A stretch of DNA of 54,055 bases, filler included, from Limisphaerales bacterium (GTDB lineage: Bacteria > Verrucomicrobiota > Verrucomicrobiia > Limisphaerales > SIBE01), in NCBI GenBank assembly GCA_044225505.1. It is 2 parts of 2 records of this genome, joined end to end, with 100 filler letters (N's around TTAATTAATTAA, not from the genome) between each part and the next. Parts side by side here need not be neighbours in the genome. Positions count along the whole stretch, not along the records: positions 27,123 to 54,055 come from JBGAIN010000113.1; 1 more part is not named here. The stretch is one strand, 5' to 3'. Below, piece by piece: positions 47,353 through 54,055 of this stretch. Every line of letters starts with the position of its first letter. The first letter of the stretch is position 1. The notes below the pieces were generated by a model. It saw nothing but the letters and a program-made list of their open reading frames with translations, searched no databases and had not been told where the DNA came from. Position numbers and translations under genes: made by a program.

Positions 47353-48069
47353 ATGAACATTTTGCATTTCGACACTGAGGAGAGTTGGCTGGCCGGAACG
47401 ATCACCTATTGGCGAGATCGACTGCGCGTCAAACCCAGCTTGAAACACTGCTTGGCGAGCGGCAACACCCCGATCCCGATCTACCGCGCCATGGCACGCG
47501 CCTGTCAGGAGAAGCAGGTTTCCTTCGCGGACGCATCGGTTTTTGCCCTGGATGAATTTGGTGGGTTGGCTTCGGACGATGCCGGGCGCTGCAGTAACAT
47601 GTTACGCCGCGATCTGGTCAATCACGTGGATTTGAAACCCGCTAATTTCCATGTCTTCAATCCCGAAGCAGCCGATCTTCAAGTTGAATGCGCGGCATTT
47701 GATCGCGCGGTTGGCGACGGTTTCAATCTTGTCATCTTGGGAATCGGGATGAATGGACATCTCGGGATGAACGAACCGGGATCCGCCGCCGACAGTCCGA
47801 CCCGCAAAACAGACCTCCACGAGAGCACGATTAGTAGTTCCGCCAAGTATCTCACTCACGATCGCCTCCCTCGCTGGGGGCTAACGGTAGGGATGAGGCA
47901 GTTCTTTGCCGCGGATGAGGTTTGGCTGGTGGCCACAGGGGAAGCCAAGGCTGAGATCATTCGCCAGGTCGTGCGGGGTGAGAGTACCGAGGCGGTGCCG
48001 GCGTCGCTAATGCGACGTCACCCGAATTGCTCCCTCTTCATCGATGACCGGGCGGCCTCGCGCCTGTAA
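47353..48069 (+). CDS. nagB: Glucosamine-6-phosphate deaminase-like protein
   Basis: LASGNTP, FALDEF, LGIGMNGHLGMNEP, VPASLMRRHP. Confidence 0.8.
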   Translation: MNILHFDTEESWLAGTITYWRDRLRVKPSLKHCLASGNTPIPIYRAMARACQEKQVSFADASVFALDEFGGLASDDAGRCSNMLRRDLVNHVDLKPANFHVFNPEAADLQVECAAFDRAVGDGFNLVILGIGMNGHLGMNEPGSAADSPTRKTDLHESTISSSAKYLTHDRLPRWGLTVGMRQFFAADEVWLVATGEAKAEIIRQVVRGESTEAVPASLMRRHPNCSLFIDDRAASRL

Positions 48070-48243
48070 GTCGTCCAAGCGAAAGTTCTTCAGGCAGGGG
48101 GCGCATCCCGTTCTTGGCACAACGCCTTCAATTCGAGCTAGCGAGGCGCTAGACCGCGAGCTCAGCCCCCGGTTCAGTTGGGGACCGCGCGTTGCCACGA
48201 AGAGGAATTGTCAAAGGCCAGTGAGGCAGATAGCATTGCAGGC

Positions 48244-49758
48244 ATGATCCCGCCGCTGCCTCTTTCAACTCGTCCGGCAACGTTGCTCGCTGTTTCCATT
48301 CTCCTCACCTTGTCCGCGGAACCTCTGAAATCGGCACCGGACTTGGGGATCTTTGACGGAGCCAACGACGTGGGGGCGGTCGGAAAGCCTGGCAGCGCGG
48401 AGTTTGACTCTCAAAAGCATCAATACAGGGTGACAGGTGGAGGCGAAAACATGTGGTTTGCCACCGACGCGCTGCACTTTGTATGGAAGCGGGCGTCGGG
48501 TGATTTGTCGCTGGCGGCAACTGTCCGGTGGGCACAAGGGGGTGGGAACGCGCATCGGAAAGCATGTTTGATCATTCGGCAAAGCCTGGACGGAGATTCG
48601 GCTTATGCTGACGCCGTTGTCCACGGGGATGGTCTCTGTTCGCTACAGTATCGGGAGAATGCGGGGGCACCCACCCGCGAGATCCAAGCGAATCTCTCCG
48701 GGCCAGACCGCTTGCGAATTGAGAAACAGGGCGACTTTCTTGCGATGTCGATTGCGCGTGCGGGTGAACCCCTGCAGTGGGCGGGCGGATCGTTCAAAAT
48801 GCAATTTCGCGAACCTTTTTATGTGGGGCTAGGTGTGTGTGCCCATGACAACCGGGTCCTTGAAACCGCGTTCTTCAGCGATGTCGAATTCACGACGGGG
48901 AACGTCAGCACCGGGACGAATGCAGTGTTGGAGAGCACGTTGGAAACCGTGGCAATCGCATCGAAAGATCGGCGCGTCGTGTATCGGACCCGCGGGCGGA
49001 TCGAAGCGCCAAACTGGTCGCCCGACGGCAACTATTTTCTATTTAACAGCAAAGGAAGAATGCATCGCATCGGGCGCACCGGAAATGACCTCCAGACGCT
49101 CGAGACTGGTTTTGCCAATCGATGCAACAATGATCATGGCATATCGCCGGATGGAAAACTCCTCGCCATTAGCCATCATGCAGAAGGCAACCGATCGATG
49201 ATCTACGTATTGCCGATTGCTGGAGGGACCCCTACGGCAGTCACTACGCAAGGGCCTTCTTACTGGCACGGTTGGTCGCCCGACGGGAAGACCTTGGCCT
49301 ATTGTGCCGAGCGGGATCGGAACTTTGATATCTACACAATCCCGGTGACGGGTGGAGCGGAGAAACGGCTGACGACAGCAGCTGGGCTCGACGACGGTCC
49401 AGATTACAGCCCGGACGGGAAATTCATCTATTTCAATTCCGAACGGACAGGACTGATGAAGATCTGGCGGATGAACGCAGATGGCTCAGAACCTGAGCAA
49501 ATTACTTCGGGCGAATCCAACGATTGGTTCCCCCACCCCTCTCCGGACGGGAAATGGCTGGTCTATCTTTCCTACGACAAGTCGGTCCAAGGTCACCCGG
49601 AGAACAAAGATGTGGTGCTGAAGCTGCGGCCAATAGCGGGGGGCGATGAACAGGTGCTGGCCAAACTCTTTGGCGGACAAGGAACGATCAATGTTCCGTC
49701 ATGGTCGCCAGACAGCAAGTCCTTGGCCTTCGTGAGTTACCGGATGGTTAGGCCCTAA
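48244..49758 (+). CDS. Secreted TolB-like (PD40 repeat) protein
   Basis: [54 protein letters not shown]. Confidence 0.9.
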   Translation: MIPPLPLSTRPATLLAVSILLTLSAEPLKSAPDLGIFDGANDVGAVGKPGSAEFDSQKHQYRVTGGGENMWFATDALHFVWKRASGDLSLAATVRWAQGGGNAHRKACLIIRQSLDGDSAYADAVVHGDGLCSLQYRENAGAPTREIQANLSGPDRLRIEKQGDFLAMSIARAGEPLQWAGGSFKMQFREPFYVGLGVCAHDNRVLETAFFSDVEFTTGNVSTGTNAVLESTLETVAIASKDRRVVYRTRGRIEAPNWSPDGNYFLFNSKGRMHRIGRTGNDLQTLETGFANRCNNDHGISPDGKLLAISHHAEGNRSMIYVLPIAGGTPTAVTTQGPSYWHGWSPDGKTLAYCAERDRNFDIYTIPVTGGAEKRLTTAAGLDDGPDYSPDGKFIYFNSERTGLMKIWRMNADGSEPEQITSGESNDWFPHPSPDGKWLVYLSYDKSVQGHPENKDVVLKLRPIAGGDEQVLAKLFGGQGTINVPSWSPDSKSLAFVSYRMVRP

Positions 49759-49891
49759 CAAGAGCGTGCTCAGGCGCCACTGGCAGGTTTCACTTGGACC
49801 ATTGCCGCGCGAATCAATGTCCACCGGTCCGATAGACAGTGCGGGCTCGGAATACTCGGGAACCTAGGCGCCCCTTGCGGACTCCTATCTC

Positions 49892-50797
49892 GTGCGAATC
49901 AAGTTGCGACGAAGGTGGGTTGGGTTTGGGATCGGGCTTTTTCTGGGCTTAGGGCTACCAGACGGCCATCCAGAGACCGTTTCTCTCGTTCCTACCGCCG
50001 ATAATACTCTCTTCGAGACCAGCCCCGATAATAATTTAGGCGGAGATGCCCAGTTAGCTTCTGGAACCACCGCCAAAGGTCTGAAAAGCCGGGCGCTGAT
50101 TAAGTTCGACCTGGCAGGACGAATTCCATCCAATGCCGTCATCACCGCTGTCACGTTGCGTCTGCAAGTGATTAAGGAGCCAGCGTTCGGTGCGAAACCA
50201 TCCGACTTTGAGCTTCGGCGCGTTCTCCAATCGTGGGGCGAAGGGAACAAGAAAGGATCGACAGGAGGCTTAGCGTCGCCCGGGGAATCCACCTGGAAAG
50301 CCCGGTCGGCCCCAAGCGGGCTTTGGAACGAGCCGGGAGGAAGCGCGGATTTCGCGGCAACGAGTAGCGCTACCCTGGCTGTGAACGAACCAGGAACTTA
50401 CACGTTCGCCTCGACGATCGGCTTGGTGACCGACGTTCAGGATTGGCTTCGGCACGCGGAGGCGAATTTTGGCTGGGTGCTGCAAAGCCGCGCCGAAGAG
50501 TTGGCACAAACGGCTCGACGCTGGGCCTCGCGTGAGGCTGCCAGCAACCCGCCGATGCTAATCATCGATTACCAACCAAAGGTGGCCGAACTGCGGATGA
50601 CGAGCATGGTTGTTCATGGAACCAACGCGACCGTGACGTGGACTGGCAACCCGGGTCGTTATCAGCTGCAAGAAAAAGCGAACCTATCGGAGAATGCATG
50701 GAAAAACGTGGGAACGGTGCTACACGCGAATTCGACGGATGTTTCCATGGGAGAAGAGCACCGTTTTTTTCGAGTCCTACTTATTGATGGTCAGTAG
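49892..50797 (+). CDS. Secreted DNRLRE-like domain protein with C-terminal sorting-like domain
   Basis: LVPTADNTLFE, RALIKFDL..IP.NA.I..V.L.L, DVQDW...NFGW, SRE; ends YQLQEKANL...W...RFFRV. Confidence 0.75.
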   Translation: MRIKLRRRWVGFGIGLFLGLGLPDGHPETVSLVPTADNTLFETSPDNNLGGDAQLASGTTAKGLKSRALIKFDLAGRIPSNAVITAVTLRLQVIKEPAFGAKPSDFELRRVLQSWGEGNKKGSTGGLASPGESTWKARSAPSGLWNEPGGSADFAATSSATLAVNEPGTYTFASTIGLVTDVQDWLRHAEANFGWVLQSRAEELAQTARRWASREAASNPPMLIIDYQPKVAELRMTSMVVHGTNATVTWTGNPGRYQLQEKANLSENAWKNVGTVLHANSTDVSMGEEHRFFRVLLIDGQ

Positions 50798-51089
50798 CTT
50801 CAGCGGATGGTCGTCTGGTTCAAGAGTCGTCTCAGGCTCTGTATCATCCGTGTCACTGGAAAGTGACAGGCAGGTAAACTTCACCGATTTCAACGGTACG
50901 CCCGCTTTTTTACTTGCGGTACCCTAGGTGGTGACGTTAGAGCTCCATCGTCCTAGGTTGATATCCTAACTCGCATCGCCCGAAAAACCATCCGCACAAG
51001 CTCGTGCTTGGGCTAGGTTGTGTGGTCTCGAGAGCGACGCGGCTCAGGCACTTGGGATAACACCAGTGCTCATCCGAAACCCTGAAACT

Positions 51090-53352
51090 ATGACCAAAAA
51101 ACGAATAGACTGGCACTCGAAAATGCCGCTCGGTCGATGGAAGGCGAGCTCCTTGCTCGGCGCTGCCTTCGCGATTGGGATGATAGCAGCACCCCTCACG
51201 ACAAACGCGCAACGGTACTTCTTCGAAGGGTTCGACGAATTGACGCTCGGCCCGAATGTCGAAGAAGCATTGGCGGGAACGGCGGTCTGGACCAAGACCC
51301 CCCCGGCGGGCTGGACCCTTGATGACAGCAAAATGCCTGGCTTTGGCAACTCCTCCTCCAACGGCGTAACCGAGTGGGCTGGCTGGAGCTTCGCCAACAA
51401 GAACTGGTGGGTTAGCACCGCTGGTGATCAACGCCGCTCCGAATTCAGTTTCGGTTCGGGCAATGTCATGATCGCGGATCCCGACGAATGGGATGACGCA
51501 ACTCACACCCAAGGGTTGTGGGATGCCACGGCTACGGTTGTTCCGATCGGCATTACCAATGCCCCGGCCAACTCGTTGGTTCTGGCTTACGACTCCTCCT
51601 GGCGTCCAGAAGCGACCGACGATGGCGAACCCAACTTCCCGGTCGACGCGGACGGCAATCGCATCAACGACCAGACGGGCTATATCACCGCCGCCTTTGA
51701 TGGGGCTACCGCTACCGAAGTGCAGCGTTGGGATTCGATTGGGGACAGCCCTAACTACCACGATCACATGCCTAATGAATCGGTGATTGTTCCTTTGAAC
51801 AACCCGGCTGGGGCGAAGAACCTGGTGCTTAAGATCGGCATGGAGAAAGCCGCCAATGACTGGTGGTGGGCTGTGGACAACTTGGCCGTGGGCGTGCCGC
51901 CGTTTGCCGGTGGCATTGCTGCGGACGGAGTCAGCTTCACGGTGCGAATCGTGGAAGCCCTGGGCAAGAGCGTGGATCAGAGCAAAGGTGTGACCGCGAC
52001 ACTCGACGGCAAAGCGGTCACCCCAGTGACGTTGACCAAGGATGGCAATTACTTGATGGTCAAGTATTCCCAAGCTCCGGAGATCTTCGTGCCCGGTTCC
52101 AAACACTCCGTGAAGCTCAGTTACACGAGCAACGAAGGCAAAGCTCTGGAAGATACCGTAGAATTCGTGGCCCCGAGCTACACCGCCTTAGCAGTCACGC
52201 CCAACAGCGTCAAAGCCACTATTACTGAACCGGAATGGTTGAAGGTCGACGAGAGCAAAGGCATCCAGCTGAAGGTGGATGACGCCGCTGTCACGGGCAC
52301 CACTCCAGTCCGCGCGGACACTCAAGTCAGTGTTTCTTACCTCCCTGCGACAGCGTTTGCGGGCAGTTCCCAGCATTCGTTGAGCGTTACGTTCACTACG
52401 GTGGCCGGAAAACAAGTCACCGATGTGGTGAGCTTCACCATTCCAGAAATCGTCAGCATCCCGACTTCTTTGGCGACCGATCCCGGCACCGCCAGCGGTG
52501 CTGGCATGCGCTGGAAGACCTACCAGACCGCTGAAAGCCGCGGCAACACCATTGCTGAGGCCGAAAACCAACTGGCAGGCAAGGCAGGTGCGGACATTCA
52601 CGACACCACAGGCCAAGGCGCTGACGGTTACTTCGCCATTGACTACGTCAACTTCGATCAAGCCGCGGGTGAAGCCGGCAACTTCAAGGTCTCGGCTGAT
52701 GCACCGCTAAACGTGGAAGATAAGAACATTCCGGGTATTCCTGGAACAGGCGGTGGAGATGACAACATCTCCGCCCAAGCGCTGACGTTCCTGGATCTGC
52801 AACCGGGAGTCTACACCATGGCCGTCAATAGCGATGATGGATTCCAAGTCTCCGCTGGCACGACCAACAGCCCAACCCAAGTGATTCTGGGCAAGTATGA
52901 CGGTGGACGCGGAACCGCGGACAGCGAGTTCTACTTCAAGATCGACAAGGCGGGCGTTTACTTCTTCCGCTTGCTCTACTTCGAAGGCGGCAGCGGCGCC
53001 AGCGTGGAATGGTTCACGGTTAACAAAGATGGCAGCCGCGCTTTGGTGGGTGGCAGCCAAACGGGCGCCGTCAAGGCCTATCGCACCCGCACCGTCGCAG
53101 AGCCCACCGGTGGCAGCACTGGTGGCGGCACGTTGGCCAGTCAACGGTACTTCTTCGAAGGGTTCGACGAATTGACGCTCGGCCCGAATGTCGAAGAAGC
53201 ATTGGCGGGAACGGCGGTCTGGACCAAGACCCCCCCGGCGGGCTGGACCCTTGATGACAGCAATGAATGGGCCTTACACGGCGGTCAGCAATGCCACGTC
53301 GCCTTACAGTGTGGCACCGTCCGGATCTGCGTTGTTCTTCATCGCGCAGTAA
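51090..53352 (+). CDS. Large secreted protein (PA14-like module); C-terminus interrupted by a duplicated segment
   Basis: Signal peptide, NDWWWAVDN, VNSDDGF, LLYFEGG.GASVEWF. The probable native end MNGPYTAVSNATSPY...FFIAQ* (53263-53352) is out of frame after the repeat. Confidence 0.7.
51210..51331 (+). repeat. 122-bp exact direct repeat, copy 1
   Basis: Identical to 53142-53263. Confidence 0.92.
53142..53263 (+). repeat. 122-bp exact direct repeat, copy 2
   Basis: Identical to 51210-51331 (QRYFFEGFDEL...TLDDS). Confidence 0.92.
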
Positions 53353-53421
53353 TCCATCCCTGTTTCCAAACGGGGAGATCGAACATCGTTCGGTCTCCCC
53401 GTCCTTCTTCCCGTTGGGAGT

Positions 53422-54055
53422 ATGCCGTTTCCCATCCATCTTCGGCAGCGCAATGCGCAACCGATGCCTTCGTTGTGGGAATGGCTGTGCCTCGGACTTC
53501 TTGCCCTGAACACAGCGGGCGAGATCGTCCCCAACGATCCACGTCTTCCATCGCTTTCTCCGACCTCGCCCTACGTCGCTTCGCAGGCTTGCCAGGAGTG
53601 CCACCCAAAAGAACACGCCAGCTGGCGCCAGAGCTTTCATCGGACAATGACTCAAGTGGCGCACCCGGATATTGTGCGGGGCAAGTTTGATGGGAGCACC
53701 GTGCAGTCAGACGGTCTTTCCTACCGAGTTTTTCGAAAAGAAACCGAACTTGCCGCCGAAATGCCGGACCCGGACGTGATGATGTATGTCGTGCAAGGCG
53801 GGATGAAACTTTCCCCATCGGAAATCCCGCGAGTTGAAGCGCCGGTTGTCCTGGCGACAGGATCTCATCACTATCAAACGTACTGGGTAGCGAGTAAGCG
53901 CTATCCAGGCCTGTTGCAGACGCTGCCGCTGGTTTACCTTCTGGCCGACGAGCGGTGGGTTCCACGCGAAGCAGCATTCCTGCGGGGTCCTTCGGATCAC
54001 GGGCGTATTATCACTCAGTGGAATCATCATTGTATTCGTTGCCACAGTACCGCAG
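53422..54055 (+). CDS. Multiheme cytochrome c (c554-like), runs off the window (not in ORF track)
   Basis: Frame from 53422 reads ...YVASQACQECH...SW..SFHRTMTQ...TGSHHYQTYW...WNHHCIRCHSTA; two CxxCH motifs are visible. Confidence 0.82.
   Translation, partial: MPFPIHLRQRNAQPMPSLWEWLCLGLLALNTAGEIVPNDPRLPSLSPTSPYVASQACQECHPKEHASWRQSFHRTMTQVAHPDIVRGKFDGSTVQSDGLSYRVFRKETELAAEMPDPDVMMYVVQGGMKLSPSEIPRVEAPVVLATGSHHYQTYWVASKRYPGLLQTLPLVYLLADERWVPREAAFLRGPSDHGRIITQWNHHCIRCHSTA

Noticed and set aside
53264..53690. C-terminal ~140 aa of the 890-aa ORF
   Set aside because: It is out-of-frame read-through after the duplicated segment and overlaps both the probable native tail and the next cytochrome gene.

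Overview
GC-rich bacterial scaffold, most likely Verrucomicrobiota. This is inferred from the DUF1549/DUF1553 + DUF1501 pair and a recurring C-terminal 'W..Y.L..S..L..W...F(Y/F)RV' domain. An artificial N-spacer at 27023-27122 splits the window into two contigs, so adjacency across it is not evidence. The first ~7.8 kb is an accessory region: an integron-type attC cassette array (Ttr-like GNAT, beta-rich hypothetical, RelE/ParE toxin-antitoxin) with no IntI gene in view. Two different mobile elements sit in R'' boxes of its attC sites. One is a ~2.7 kb tyrosine recombinase + IS91-like Y2 transposase unit bounded by inverted repeats and carrying its own inverted attC-like hairpin, which is the top candidate for an undescribed system. 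The other is the 3' remnant of a group IIC-attC intron. Next come remnants of GmrSD-like and type I hsdR genes and an intact three-gene TIGR04255-type operon. The rest of contig 1 holds a propeller/HemN-like radical SAM/chorismate-lyase-like/flavin-halogenase-like operon, sugar and peptidase genes, an ArsR-linked 16-heme tandem OTR-like cytochrome flanked by GATTRG repeat tracts, an NlpC/P60-like amidase, a His-rich secreted protein and two divergent ABC-ATPase defence-like genes. Contig 2 holds a NitT/TauT ABC-AAA locus, PSD1/DUF1501 genes, a TetR-RND efflux operon, carbohydrate genes and secreted proteins. Two genes carry homopolymer frameshifts and one carries a 122-bp duplication, probably assembly artefacts.
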